Shown: positions 37,218-46,897 of the stretch, in pieces
Position numbering within the stretch: the stretch's first letter is position 1
Layout: every line of letters starts with the position of its first letter
Assembly (NCBI GenBank): GCA_902386025.1
Contig: CABMHR010000001.1
Location: 177,108 to 241,107, forward strand
From: an uncultured archaeon
GTDB taxonomy: Archaea > Nanobdellota > Nanobdellia > Pacearchaeales > GW2011-AR1
DNA: 64,000 nucleotides
Direction of reading: 5' to 3'
Program-made: the position numbers and the translations under genes
The notes under the pieces: model-generated
Seen by the model: only the letters and a program-made list of their open reading frames with translations
The model's database searches: none
Told to the model about the DNA's origin: nothing

Positions 37218-38678
37218 TTATTTTTCCTTCCGCTCAAAGCTCGGCTTCATCAATGGAAATATGACGCATTCGCCCACAGGCTTATTTTCAAGAAATGCAA
37301 ATAATCTTTCTGAAATTCCAAATCCTGTTGTGGGGGGCATTCCGTATTTCAATGCTTCAACAAAATCATTGTCAGTCATCTGTGCTTCCTCGTCGCCTGC
37401 TGCCCTTAGTTTTGCCTGTTCCGCAAATCTTTCCATCTGTTCTATCGGTTCATTCAATTCGCTGAACCCCTTTCCAACTTCAGAGCCTGCAATTAATATT
37501 TGGTATCTTTCAACAACATCTGGATTTTTTTCAGAGCGTTTTGCCAAGGGTTCCATACTTACAGGAACATTTATCAGAAATCCAGGCCCGCCGATTTTTT
37601 TCCTGCAGTATTTCCACAGATTGTCAATCCCCCTTGTAAGATTAAATCCTTTTTTTTCATATTCTATGTTTAATTCTTTTAATTTTGATTTTATCTCTTC
37701 AGTATTTGTCTTTAATATATTCACTTTTGTCATTTTTTTTATTATTTCTATGAAATCATATGTCTCCCACTTTTTTCCCAAATCAACATCAAATCCCTTT
37801 ATCTTGAATTTGAGTGTTCCGTAGACTTCTTTTGCTATATACTTGTACATCTCTTCTGCGAGCTTCATTCCGTCGTTGTAATCAGCATATGCCCAGTAGA
37901 ATTCCATCTGCGTGTAATCCTGAAGATGTTCTGCATCCATTCCTTCATTTCGGAATATTCTCCCTATTTCAAAAACCTTGGGATAACCTGCAACCATCAA
38001 TCTCTTTAGCCATAATTCAGGAGAAATTCTAAGATAAACATTAAGATTCAATGCATTATGATGGGTAATAAAAGGTTTTGTCTCTGCCCCTCCGGGAGTA
38101 TTCTCAAGAACAGGAGTTTCAACTTCCATAAATCCTTTTGACAGCAAAAAATTCCTGATTGACTGCCAGAATTTTGCTTTTCTTATGAACAAGTCTCTTA
38201 TTTCTGGATTCATCATTATTTCAAGATATCTTTTTCTTAATCTTTCTTCATCATCCTGCAAGCCGTGGAATTTTTCTGGGAGAGGGAGAATTGCTTTTGA
38301 AAGCAGAGTCAGATTTTTCACAAGTATTGATGTTTCATTTGTCTTTGTTTTAAATATTTCCCCTTCAATTCCAACAAAATCTCCAGCATCAATATATTTG
38401 CTGAAGAAAGAGAATACTTTTTCAGGAGTGTTCTTTTCCTGAAAGACAATTTGAATATCTCCTGTTGAATCTCTCAATTTTGCGAAAGAAATTTTTCCCA
38501 ATTCTCTTTTTGTAATCAATCTTCCTGCTGTTTTTACTTTGGAATTTATCTTTGACTTAAGGCACTCTTCTGCATTTTCTTTTTTGTCAAATCTGTGCGG
38601 ATAAGGATTAACTCCTTTTTTTCTAATTTCTTCAATTTTTCTTATTCTTTCGTTTACTATCTGCTCTTCACGTCCCAT
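37218..38678 (-). CDS. lysS: Lysyl-tRNA synthetase, class II
   Basis: NPYPHRFDK, FMEVETPVL and FEIGRIFRNEGMDAEHLQDYTQMEFY. Confidence 0.85.
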   Translation of the reverse strand: MGREEQIVNERIRKIEEIRKKGVNPYPHRFDKKENAEECLKSKINSKVKTAGRLITKRELGKISFAKLRDSTGDIQIVFQEKNTPEKVFSFFSKYIDAGDFVGIEGEIFKTKTNETSILVKNLTLLSKAILPLPEKFHGLQDDEERLRKRYLEIMMNPEIRDLFIRKAKFWQSIRNFLLSKGFMEVETPVLENTPGGAETKPFITHHNALNLNVYLRISPELWLKRLMVAGYPKVFEIGRIFRNEGMDAEHLQDYTQMEFYWAYADYNDGMKLAEEMYKYIAKEVYGTLKFKIKGFDVDLGKKWETYDFIEIIKKMTKVNILKTNTEEIKSKLKELNIEYEKKGFNLTRGIDNLWKYCRKKIGGPGFLINVPVSMEPLAKRSEKNPDVVERYQILIAGSEVGKGFSELNEPIEQMERFAEQAKLRAAGDEEAQMTDNDFVEALKYGMPPTTGFGISERLFAFLENKPVGECVIFPLMKPSFERKEK

Positions 38679-38750
38679 ATTTTATCTAAATAAAACTATT
38701 TTAAATATTTAACCAAAAAGATTTATTAACCTAGTTTTGCTGATATAATT

Positions 38751-38978
38751 ATGAAAAAGAGAGGAATGCACGGATATTTATTCAAGCACGGCAAAGAAGA
38801 CAAAATGAAATGCAGTTGCCGCTGCGGAACATGCGGAGGGGGGATTTACTTTCTTGGATTTATCGGTGCTGCAGTTTTTTACCTTCAGCAGTCAACAACT
38901 TTCTGGACAGGCGTTCTTGCTGTATTAAAAGCAATGGTTTGGCCTGCAATGCTTGTGTATAAGCTTCTTGGATTTTAG
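38751..38978 (+). CDS. Small membrane protein with Cys-rich N-terminus
   Basis: CSCRCGTCGGG followed by two TM helices. Confidence 0.3.
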   Translation: MKKRGMHGYLFKHGKEDKMKCSCRCGTCGGGIYFLGFIGAAVFYLQQSTTFWTGVLAVLKAMVWPAMLVYKLLGF

Positions 38979-39009
38979 AAAGAGGTGATAATTATTTTCC
39001 TCTTCCCAA

Positions 39010-39411
39010 TTATTCTCTGTCCAGCTCATTATTAAGCAATTCATCAGCCAACACTTGAAATTTGTCTTCTCTTCCTACGTGCTGATATTTTATTTTTTTG
39101 AAATTTTCCTGAAGCTTCTGGACTTTTAAAAATAAAGGAAGAAGATGCGGATTTCTGACTTTATACTTTCCCAAAAGCTGATTAACAACAAGTTCAGAAT
39201 CAAGAATGCAGATAAGTTCATCATTTGTAAATTTTGAAGCGAGTTCAAGAGCTTTTATCAGCGCTTCATATTCTGCGATGTTATTTGTCACGAATTTCCC
39301 AATCTTTGTAGAATATTTTGTGAGGATTTTTTCATCTTCTCTGACAAGAACTCCTATTGCTCCTGCTCCAGGGTTTCCCCTCGCACCGCCATCGGAATTT
39401 GTATATATCAT
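39010..39411 (-). CDS. rnhA: Ribonuclease HI
   Basis: DGGARGNPGAGAIG...TNNIAEYEALIKAL...DSELVVNQ. Confidence 0.8.
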   Translation of the reverse strand: MIYTNSDGGARGNPGAGAIGVLVREDEKILTKYSTKIGKFVTNNIAEYEALIKALELASKFTNDELICILDSELVVNQLLGKYKVRNPHLLPLFLKVQKLQENFKKIKYQHVGREDKFQVLADELLNNELDRE

Positions 39412-39458
39412 AAATAATAAAAAGAAAAAGGATTTTTATAATTTGTTAAGAGAGATAA

Positions 39459-39764
39459 TCAGGTTATCTTATTAATCAATTCATTCTTTATTAATTTCTT
39501 TTTCTCTCCAGAAAGATTGGATATAAATTTCTTAACCATGCTCTTTGATATCGTAAAAATATAATTTAATTTTATCACGCTATCCCTTGGAAGCCCTTCT
39601 TTTTTTGGGATAAAAATGCCTTTCATTTTTGTATTGCTTGTTATACCCGCGACAACAATATTGCCCTGTTCTTCAAATAAAACAAGTGCTGGGCGGGTTT
39701 TAACCTCAAATGTATCTGTATACTGAATCTGTGCTAATATTATCTGCCCAAAACTAAATTTCAT
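39459..39764 (-). CDS. mazF: MazF/PemK-family toxin
   Basis: Typical MazF pattern (FEVKTRPALVL...GITSN...RDSVIKLNYIFTI). Confidence 0.6.
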   Translation of the reverse strand: MKFSFGQIILAQIQYTDTFEVKTRPALVLFEEQGNIVVAGITSNTKMKGIFIPKKEGLPRDSVIKLNYIFTISKSMVKKFISNLSGEKKKLIKNELINKIT

Positions 39765-39981
39765 CCCAAATTTCGTCCTCTTTATTATTCCAAAGTTCTT
39801 TCATTTTTGGCTGTTGGATTTTATGAAGAAATTCATCATACTGATTTCTTTTTTTCAACATCAAAAAGAATTTAGCCATCTGGCTTAATAATTCATTATA
39901 TGTCTGCTGGGGGTAATCTTTTGCTTCTTTGAGCATTTCAATAACTTTTTTGTCCAGCAGAATAGTGGATTCTTGTGGCAT
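39754..39981 (-). CDS. Putative antitoxin paired with MazF
   Basis: 75-aa upstream ORF that overlaps the toxin start. Confidence 0.4.
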   Translation of the reverse strand: MPQESTILLDKKVIEMLKEAKDYPQQTYNELLSQMAKFFLMLKKRNQYDEFLHKIQQPKMKELWNNKEDEIWDEI

Positions 39982-40016
39982 ATATAAATAAGGTATAAGT
40001 AATTATATAAATATTC

Positions 40017-40292
40017 CTATATATGTAGAACTTTGAACTCTTTAAAATCTTGGAATTTTTCTTCCTTAACTTCAACTTTTCCTATTTTCGCGTGCTTTGG
40101 GCCTGTTTTGCACAATTCAATCATCTTGTCAACCTTATCATTATTTCCTTCAATAAAAACTTCAACTCTTCCGTCTTCAAGATTTCTGGCAAATCCTCTT
40201 ATGTCATTCCTCTCTGCGTTTTCTTTTATGAACTGCCTGAAAAAAATCCCCTGAACAGTTCCTTCAATGTATAATCTTACTGCTTTTTTCAT
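40017..40292 (-). CDS. acyP: Acylphosphatase
   Basis: VQGIFFRQF...GFARNLEDGRVEV. Confidence 0.75.
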   Translation of the reverse strand: MKKAVRLYIEGTVQGIFFRQFIKENAERNDIRGFARNLEDGRVEVFIEGNNDKVDKMIELCKTGPKHAKIGKVEVKEEKFQDFKEFKVLHI

Positions 40293-40439
40293 AATAATTA
40301 TAATTGAAATTGATTATTAAAGATTTGGATTAAATTCTCATTCCCAGAAAAGACAGAAATTTTTATCACCTCTTTTTAATCACAGCCACAAGTTTATCCC
40401 ACGCGTTGAGTTTTTATTATTAACTAATTTTCTTTATTC

Positions 40440-41021
40440 TTATATTCCTCTGTAATCCAATTCATTATTAACAACAGCAACTGTTTGGGAAGCGAAGTAC
40501 ATTTTATTTCCAACAGAAACAAGATTCATTATTTTTTTCAGCCGCTTGAATTCTTTCTGCGGAATTCCTTCGTGGTCTCCAAGAATGAATACGCAGTTAT
40601 CTCTGATTTTAGCTTTTCTTATATCTTCTCCTTTTTTGTCAAGCAGAAATATCTCTTTTCCCTCTTCGCTTAATTCCTCAATAACTTTCATAAAACTTTT
40701 CTTCTCAACAAAACAGCCGGGCAGGGCTTCTGTCCTTTTGCCTTCTTTGTATTTGTAAAGAATTTTCTTTATCAGGTTTCCTACATCTTTTTTGCTTATT
40801 TCCAATTCATCTTTTACTTGAATCTCAATATGCTTTGGAGGGTCTGGCTGTCCATAGAAGACAAAATGAAATTTTGTGTCTTTTCTGAATCCATGGGAGA
40901 GAAAAACTCCCTGAATAAATGAATGTATTGCAATATCCATTCTTCCTGCTTTCATCAAATCACTGCTGTCAAAATTCCCAGATGTTCTGGCGCTTTGTGA
41001 AAAATAAACAAACTCACGCAT
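40440..41021 (-). CDS. trmY: tRNA (pseudouridine54-N1)-methyltransferase TrmY (SPOUT, DUF358)
   Basis: AGRMDIAIHSFIQGVFLSHGFRKD resembles Methanocaldococcus TrmY. Confidence 0.55.
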   Translation of the reverse strand: MREFVYFSQSARTSGNFDSSDLMKAGRMDIAIHSFIQGVFLSHGFRKDTKFHFVFYGQPDPPKHIEIQVKDELEISKKDVGNLIKKILYKYKEGKRTEALPGCFVEKKSFMKVIEELSEEGKEIFLLDKKGEDIRKAKIRDNCVFILGDHEGIPQKEFKRLKKIMNLVSVGNKMYFASQTVAVVNNELDYRGI

Positions 41022-41059
41022 AGGGAAAATAGGGAGAAGGAAGTTAAAAAGGTATTGAT

Positions 41060-41995
41060 TTAATTCCTTATTTCCTGCATAACAAACATTCCTTTTGCAA
41101 AAACATTTACTTCGTTAAGAACTTTGAACATTCCGACAAATCTGCTATTTGAAAACCCGCAGACAATTTGATTCTTTTCAGCTTTCACTTTATTTTCCAA
41201 ATCCTTTTCATATACTGGCTGTCCGTGCATTATTCTTTCTACAGGCTCTTCCTTAATTTCCACAACAGGATAAACTTCGCTGATAATTTCAGCAGGAATA
41301 ATAATTTCTCTAATCAGTTTATCATTTCCCTTTTCATATTCCTCAACTGCCTTTTCAAATTTCTCCTTGCTAACCATCTCTTTACTTTTGAAAATTCCTG
41401 CTCGGATTCTTTTTAATCCAGTCATATGCGCCCCTATTTTCATTTCCTCCCCCAAATCATGAATAAGTTTTCTTATGTAAGTTCCGCCTTGGCATTCAAC
41501 CCTGAAATAAACTTCTTTTCCGTCTTTTTTCAGCAGTTCAAATTTTTTTATTTCTCTTTCTCTTTCCTGCCTTTTGACTTTTGAGCGAACAGGGGGAAGC
41601 TGTATAATCGTCCCCATAAATTTTTCTTCTATAACTTTTTTTATTTCCTCAAGAGAAACATCTTCGTGAATTCTCATCACTCCTTCATATTCCTTGTCTT
41701 CTCCTATAAAAAATCCGCTTAATTTTACTGCTCTGTTTAACGCAACAGGCAAAACTCCAGTAACCATCGGATCCAATGTTCCAAAATGGCTTGTTTTCCT
41801 TAATTTCAGTTTTTTTCTCACAAAATCAACAACATCAAAGCTCGTGCAGTCCGAACGACTTTGCGATGATGAAGCCAGTGATGAGTGAGCGGGGTCGAGA
41901 GTTGTAGGTTTGTCAAAATTTATAATTCCAAATTCAAGAAGTTCCTTAATCGATTTTGTTGATTTTATTTTTTCAAGATTTATTTTTGCATCCAT
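41060..41995 (-). CDS. cbf5: H/ACA RNP pseudouridine synthase Cbf5 (TruB family + PUA), with a 19-aa GC-rich in-frame insert
   Basis: FDKP...KTSHFGTLDPMVTG. An extra TLDPAHSSLASSSQSRSDC segment lies between the motifs. Confidence 0.7.
   Translation of the reverse strand: MDAKINLEKIKSTKSIKELLEFGIINFDKPTTLDPAHSSLASSSQSRSDCTSFDVVDFVRKKLKLRKTSHFGTLDPMVTGVLPVALNRAVKLSGFFIGEDKEYEGVMRIHEDVSLEEIKKVIEEKFMGTIIQLPPVRSKVKRQEREREIKKFELLKKDGKEVYFRVECQGGTYIRKLIHDLGEEMKIGAHMTGLKRIRAGIFKSKEMVSKEKFEKAVEEYEKGNDKLIREIIIPAEIISEVYPVVEIKEEPVERIMHGQPVYEKDLENKVKAEKNQIVCGFSNSRFVGMFKVLNEVNVFAKGMFVMQEIRN
41846..41902 (-). repeat. Diverged 57-nt copy of the GC-rich element, inserted in-frame in cbf5
   Basis: Sense strand is actctcgaccccgctcactcatcactggcttcatcatcgcaaagtcgttcggactgc. 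It shares an exact 10-mer and ~70% ungapped identity with the pilin-leader element. Confidence 0.5.
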
Positions 41996-42681
41996 TTTTT
42001 CCTCTCCTCTGGAGAAAACTTCTCAATAGAATATCTAAGCATTGTCCTAGGCATTTCCTTGTTTCTTGAAGCAAGAAATATTTCAAGAACATTTTTGTTT
42101 TTCTTTCCAACTTCTCTCAAAGCCCAGCCGACAGCCTTGTGGATTAAATCGTGCTCGTCGTGAAGAAGCATTTCGGATATTGCAAGAGTTTCCCCTAATT
42201 TTCCTTTGCGTATGAACTGAAGTGTTGATATTATCGCAATTCTTCTCTCCCAGAGATTGTCTGATTTAGCAAGCATCTTCAGAATATCTGTTCCTTCTCT
42301 AATCAGAAAATCTCCGACAATATTTGGGGCAGACAAATCAACCAAATCCCAGTTGTTTATGTTTCTTGTATTCTTCATATAAAATTCATAAATTTTTCTT
42401 TTTTCAAGATTGTCTTTTTTTGCTTTTTTATATTTATTATTAAGTATTAAAAGTGCAGCCATTCTGTATTCGTGAAATTTGCTGTTAAGAAGAGTTTGCA
42501 ATTCTAAGAAGGATAAATTGGTGTATTTTTTTATGATTGCCCTCTGCTGTGGCATTGTCAGCCCAAGAAATACATCTCCTTCTCCGTATTCTCCTTTTCC
42601 TGTTTTGAAAAATCTCTGATATCCTTTTGCTTTCTCGGGATTTCTGCTTTTCTCAATCTCATTTGTTAATTCATTAAGCAT
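41980..42681 (-). CDS. DNA alkylation repair protein (AlkD/AlkC-like HEAT-repeat glycosylase)
   Basis: YQRFFKTGKGEYGEGDVFLGLTMP...NNWDLVD...WALREVGK. Confidence 0.6.
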   Translation of the reverse strand: MLNELTNEIEKSRNPEKAKGYQRFFKTGKGEYGEGDVFLGLTMPQQRAIIKKYTNLSFLELQTLLNSKFHEYRMAALLILNNKYKKAKKDNLEKRKIYEFYMKNTRNINNWDLVDLSAPNIVGDFLIREGTDILKMLAKSDNLWERRIAIISTLQFIRKGKLGETLAISEMLLHDEHDLIHKAVGWALREVGKKNKNVLEIFLASRNKEMPRTMLRYSIEKFSPEERKKWMQK

Positions 42682-42682
42682 T

Positions 42683-43702
42683 TTAAACCTCTTCTGATTC
42701 TGTTTCAATTCTGTCGTAAGTGGGAAATTCTTCAACTCTTGTTATCTTTTCTTTCCCGAGAAGCTTTCTTGCAATTGGTTCTGAAAGGATTGTTCTTTTC
42801 TTTTTCTCGTCGTAAAAAACACCTTCTCCTTTCATCTTTTTATTCACAATAAGGTAGATAACTGTTCCGTCTTCTGTTCTTTTTCCGTAAGGGAGAATTT
42901 TGTGCTTTTTCAGCCTGTTCTTATACTGATAATCATTCTTGAGTTTTGCAGAGCACAGATGAATTTTCAGTTTTGATTTTTCTTTTGACAATTCTTCCAA
43001 AATCCATTTTCCAGATTCAAGGCTTCCAGCAATAACATATCCACCTTCTTTTAATTTGTATCTTGCAACTATTGCCTGAAAATTTGTTTCTGAAAGTTCA
43101 AATTCATTAAGATTCACAAATCCTATGTAATCTTCTGCTCCTTTTATAAAATCAAGAATTTCCTCTTTTCTTTCTGGAATCATAGGAAGTTCTATGCCGA
43201 TATTTTCTTTTTTCCAGAATTTTGAAGCCATTTCTATTTTCTTCAAATCTTCTACAGTTGTATCTGGCTTAATAAGGAATTCGGGGTGAAAGCGGACTTC
43301 ATCAGCAACTCTTGCTATTCTTTTCAGTTTTCTTTCTGCAACAAGTTTTGTCGGAAGATAAATATGAATATGAAATTCCTTTCCAAATCTTTTTTTTAAT
43401 GCAGAAGCAAGCCGAACTGTTCTCCCTGTGCAAAGCAGAGGGTCTCCTCCTGTTATTCCTGCCCCTGTTGCCCTGCTTTCATCTGCTTCCTGAATTATCT
43501 CTTTTGCATTTCTGCATGTTCTCTCATTTGCATATGTTTCATTCTTGTTTTTTCTTTTCCTGCTTAAAGAGCAATACCAGCAGTTTCTTGAGCATTTTCC
43601 TGTAACAAACAAAACAAGCTTGTCTCCTTTTACGCAGTGTCTGCATCCTTCTGCAAATCCATTAAGGCAGTAAGAATCAAATTTTGTTTTCTTGATTTTC
43701 AT
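42683..43702 (-). CDS. Radical SAM protein with N-terminal zinc-ribbon-like Cys cluster
   Basis: CSRNCWYC (Cx3Cx2C). Confidence 0.55.
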   Translation of the reverse strand: MKIKKTKFDSYCLNGFAEGCRHCVKGDKLVLFVTGKCSRNCWYCSLSRKRKNKNETYANERTCRNAKEIIQEADESRATGAGITGGDPLLCTGRTVRLASALKKRFGKEFHIHIYLPTKLVAERKLKRIARVADEVRFHPEFLIKPDTTVEDLKKIEMASKFWKKENIGIELPMIPERKEEILDFIKGAEDYIGFVNLNEFELSETNFQAIVARYKLKEGGYVIAGSLESGKWILEELSKEKSKLKIHLCSAKLKNDYQYKNRLKKHKILPYGKRTEDGTVIYLIVNKKMKGEGVFYDEKKKRTILSEPIARKLLGKEKITRVEEFPTYDRIETESEEV

Positions 43703-43737
43703 AGAATTAGGAAAAAATGAGGGTATAAAAATTATTC

Positions 43738-44316
43738 TTAATGCCCTTGGCTCATTCTGTTATAGGTAGATTTCATATTCTTCTGTTCTTTTGGAGATTT
43801 TACCTTTGTTTCGTGCTTTGCTTTCTGTGCAATTTCTTTTTCAATCTCTTTGCCTGCTTCAATTGTTGCTGATTTGTCTTCTTTTTCTTCAATTTTTTCT
43901 TCTTCTGTCTTGGCTTCTGTTTTTTCCTCTGTTTTCTCTTCAGCTTCTTTCTTCTTTTTCTTTGTCTCTTGGCTCTTGCTGTTTTGTTTTTCTTCTCTTA
44001 ATTTTTTGAATTTTATTTTTGCAGGCATTTCAGCAAGCTCTACTCTGACAATGTCGTCTTCTTTTATTGCTTTGACTTTGATTTTTGCAGGAGGATTTTT
44101 TATTCCCCTGCTCCAGATTGCTTCATTAAGATATTTGTCGACTCTTACTTTGTCCAAATCTCTGTCTCTTATTTTCATATGCTTGACTAAAAATTCCTTG
44201 ATTGTTTTGACAGCTTTGTTTGCTCTCTTGTAAGTTGGAACTATCTTCCATCTTGTTCTAAGAGGAATGACATATTCTCTTTCAATGCGATTGTTTTTTT
44301 CTTTTTCCATTTTCAA
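43738..44316 (-). CDS. rpl31e: 50S ribosomal protein L31e with long Lys/Glu-rich C-terminal extension
   Basis: REYVIPLR...HMK...KYLNEAIWSRGIKNPP. Confidence 0.7.
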   Translation of the reverse strand: MKMEKEKNNRIEREYVIPLRTRWKIVPTYKRANKAVKTIKEFLVKHMKIRDRDLDKVRVDKYLNEAIWSRGIKNPPAKIKVKAIKEDDIVRVELAEMPAKIKFKKLREEKQNSKSQETKKKKKEAEEKTEEKTEAKTEEEKIEEKEDKSATIEAGKEIEKEIAQKAKHETKVKSPKEQKNMKSTYNRMSQGH

Positions 44317-44381
44317 TCGTGTTGATTGTAAACTTTATGTTTACTTTCAATTTTTTCTGTTTTTTTATCTGCCATTATTTA

Positions 44382-44708
44382 CTATCCTAAATGCCATTTC
44401 TTTATTCTTCTTGGCTTAATATGAAGTTTTGTTCTTCTCCATGAACGCTTGTATTTTGTCATAGCAGAAGGATGTATCTTTTTTCCTGTTCCGTGTTTTC
44501 TCAAAACAGCCCATACAGGAGCCCATTTTGTCTGCCTTGCTTTCACTGCAAGTGTTGCTTTCTTCTCGTCAAATCCTCTTTGTCTTTTTGAAACGTGAGG
44601 CTTCTGAATAACTAAAGGCTGTTGAACTGCCTTTGCTTCTGTTTTCTTTTTCTTGAATATATTTTTTTTCTCTTTCACTTTTTTTTCAGTTTTTTCTTTA
44701 TCTGCCAT
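44382..44708 (-). CDS. rpl39e: 50S ribosomal protein L39e with N-terminal basic extension
   Basis: KWAPVWAVLRKHG...RSWRRTKL. Confidence 0.65.
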   Translation of the reverse strand: MADKEKTEKKVKEKKNIFKKKKTEAKAVQQPLVIQKPHVSKRQRGFDEKKATLAVKARQTKWAPVWAVLRKHGTGKKIHPSAMTKYKRSWRRTKLHIKPRRIKKWHLG

Positions 44709-44709
44709 T

Positions 44710-45147
44710 TTATTTTATTTCCTCCATAAACTTTCTTCCCTTTTCTGTAAGTTTTCTTCCCATTCTCTTTCCTTTCAAGCCCTTGACATCTTTTACAGAT
44801 TCTGTAAATCCTGCCTTGTCTGCCTGCTGAAGAACAGTTCTTATGATTTTTCCGCCTGATTTCACAAATCTTTCAGGCTTCATTCCCCTGTTTTTTTTGC
44901 TTCCGTATTTTGTTCTTAATCTGTTTACTCCTACAACTTTCTTTTTGTAAATCTGCTTGAGTATGCTTGCTGCTCTTTTATACCAGAAATCAATATCTTC
45001 AATTGGACGCTCTTTGCTTGAAGATGATTTTATGAATTTTGCCCATTCTGGCTCCTGAAATTCAGAAACATTTTTCAAAGCTGCTGCTAATTTAAGATTA
45101 TATTCCTGCGGTTCTATTTCATACACTAAATTTTTTCTTTCTGTCAT
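44710..45147 (-). CDS. rps19e: 30S ribosomal protein S19e
   Basis: PEWAKFIKSSSSKERPIED...WYKRAASILKQIY...GSKKNRGMKPERFVKSGGKIIR. Start at the internal Met. Confidence 0.7.
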   Translation of the reverse strand: MTERKNLVYEIEPQEYNLKLAAALKNVSEFQEPEWAKFIKSSSSKERPIEDIDFWYKRAASILKQIYKKKVVGVNRLRTKYGSKKNRGMKPERFVKSGGKIIRTVLQQADKAGFTESVKDVKGLKGKRMGRKLTEKGRKFMEEIK

Positions 45148-45366
45148 GTTGATTATATAGGCACATCTTGCGATGTTTAGATACGCCGAAGCGTTTAACC
45201 TAAAAGTTAGGGGAAATGGGGATTTATAAATGTTGGGGGAGACTTTGTAATCTCCCTGACACTTATACTCCAGTTTCACATATTTCTGAAAGATGGTTTG
45301 GTATTTTAAATGAAAGATTTAAATAAATAAAAAACCAATGTAATAATAATAGATGGAAAGAGTAAA

Positions 45367-45576
45367 ATGCCAGCAGAACAACTAATAAAAGAAGAAACTT
45401 ATACAGCAGTGGGATATAAAGATGATAATGGGAGATTTCACCTTATTTTTCAGAATAAACAAAATCCAGATGTTCAACCTTTAACCGATGAAGAGATAGA
45501 AGAGATTAAATCCAATCTTAAAGATTGGGGAAAATGGATTAAATTTAAAGAATTAAAGAAAGATTTAAGAGATTAA
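45367..45576 (+). CDS. Hypothetical small protein
   Basis: 69-aa ORF in a small-ORF island. Confidence 0.3.
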   Translation: MPAEQLIKEETYTAVGYKDDNGRFHLIFQNKQNPDVQPLTDEEIEEIKSNLKDWGKWIKFKELKKDLRD

Positions 45577-45792
45577 ATGGTAGAGATTGAATTTAACAAA
45601 AGAAATAATAAAAGAATAAGAGAAATAAGCCAACAAAAAGCAAATGAAATTATTAGAAAATACAAAAGAGATGGAATAGAAGTTAAAGAGTTGGCTGAAG
45701 CTGAACAAGTATTAATTAGTATTGGCGGAATGATTTTGGGATATTTTGCAATAGATATTGCAAACAGAATTGCACAAGAATTAAATAATTAA
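45577..45792 (+). CDS. Hypothetical small protein
   Basis: 71-aa ORF. Confidence 0.3.
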   Translation: MVEIEFNKRNNKRIREISQQKANEIIRKYKRDGIEVKELAEAEQVLISIGGMILGYFAIDIANRIAQELNN

Positions 45793-45793
45793 T

Positions 45794-46027
45794 ATGTTAA
45801 AAGAAATACTATTTAATAAAAAGCTCTATTTTTTACCACCAGTTCTTCTTCTTTGTATTGAATTTACACTTGGGACTTACAAAGAGACTTTTAACTTATT
45901 TTATCAAAAGCCAATATTTATTCTACCTTATTTAATAATCTACTTTTTTATCTCTCTGATTTTAATATGTATTTTAAACTTATATAAAAAATTAACAAAA
46001 ACTAAATTTTTTAAAACCAAAAAGTGA
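45794..46027 (+). CDS. Hypothetical small membrane protein
   Basis: 77 aa with two TM helices. Confidence 0.3.
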   Translation: MLKEILFNKKLYFLPPVLLLCIEFTLGTYKETFNLFYQKPIFILPYLIIYFFISLILICILNLYKKLTKTKFFKTKK

Positions 46028-46084
46028 CGCAGATGTTATAATACGGGGAGGAAAAATTAGATTATCATTAAAAAAGAAAGATAA

Positions 46085-46555
46085 TCATCTTTCTGTTTCT
46101 CTTGCACTATTAAATGCACTAAAAAAACCTTTTATTACATTTATGGCTTTTTCTCCAGATACTATTTGTAAATTAGTTATACCTTGATAATGTTTATTAC
46201 TTTCATATTCTCTTTGTTTTTCTGGTGAAGTAAATAAATAACATTTAAATGGGGGGTCATCAGTTAAATTTATTCCGAAAATAATATTTTTAGTTATCTT
46301 TTCTTCATATTTATCCAATAATTCTGGTTCTTCGATTACTTTAAAAGCTCCACCGAGGTATTTTGAATCAAGTTTGTCTTTACATAACTCTGCTTCTTTT
46401 TTTAAAATAAGATTATGTTCTCTTTTACAATATTCAGAAGAACTTTTTATATGCATAAGATAAGAGAGAATTGTCTCTTTTCCTTGCTGTGTTGAAAGCC
46501 AAAGAATAAAATCAGCATCACATAATAACCTATGAGAATATGATACCGAAACCAT
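46085..46555 (-). CDS. Hypothetical protein
   Basis: 156-aa ORF. Confidence 0.3.
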   Translation of the reverse strand: MVSVSYSHRLLCDADFILWLSTQQGKETILSYLMHIKSSSEYCKREHNLILKKEAELCKDKLDSKYLGGAFKVIEEPELLDKYEEKITKNIIFGINLTDDPPFKCYLFTSPEKQREYESNKHYQGITNLQIVSGEKAINVIKGFFSAFNSARETER

Positions 46556-46561
46556 TTTAAA

Positions 46562-46810
46562 TTACTTGAAAGCAGAAGCAAGAAGCTTTTCATTAACTTC
46601 TTTTACGGAAAGAATAGTAATTGAAGAACCTATCTTCTTTTCTATTTCTAAAAGGGTCCCAATTGGAAATGCTTCTATTTTTTTCTTCACATTTAAATCA
46701 TCAAATTTAATATCTGAATTCTCATTATAAGATTCGACTAAATCTTCTTTTAATTCAAAGTCTGTAAAAAAAGTTTCTTCATTTGTCATGATAAATAAAC
46801 TATTTAGCAT
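46562..46810 (-). CDS. Hypothetical protein
   Basis: 82-aa ORF. Confidence 0.3.
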   Translation of the reverse strand: MLNSLFIMTNEETFFTDFELKEDLVESYNENSDIKFDDLNVKKKIEAFPIGTLLEIEKKIGSSITILSVKEVNEKLLASAFK

Positions 46811-46897
46811 ATTTTAAATCTTGCTATTAAGTAAGATTAATCTAATAAAATGAGATAGATATTTATATTTTTCTATCTAGTTCAATTAAGGTAAGAA

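Noticed and set aside
45148-45300. Possible H/ACA or C/D sRNA upstream of rps19e (hairpin gggagat-tacaaag-tctccc followed by ACA)
   Set aside because: The hairpin is too short (no pseudouridylation pocket or K-turn) and there are no C/D boxes. It is more likely promoter or 5'-UTR structure.
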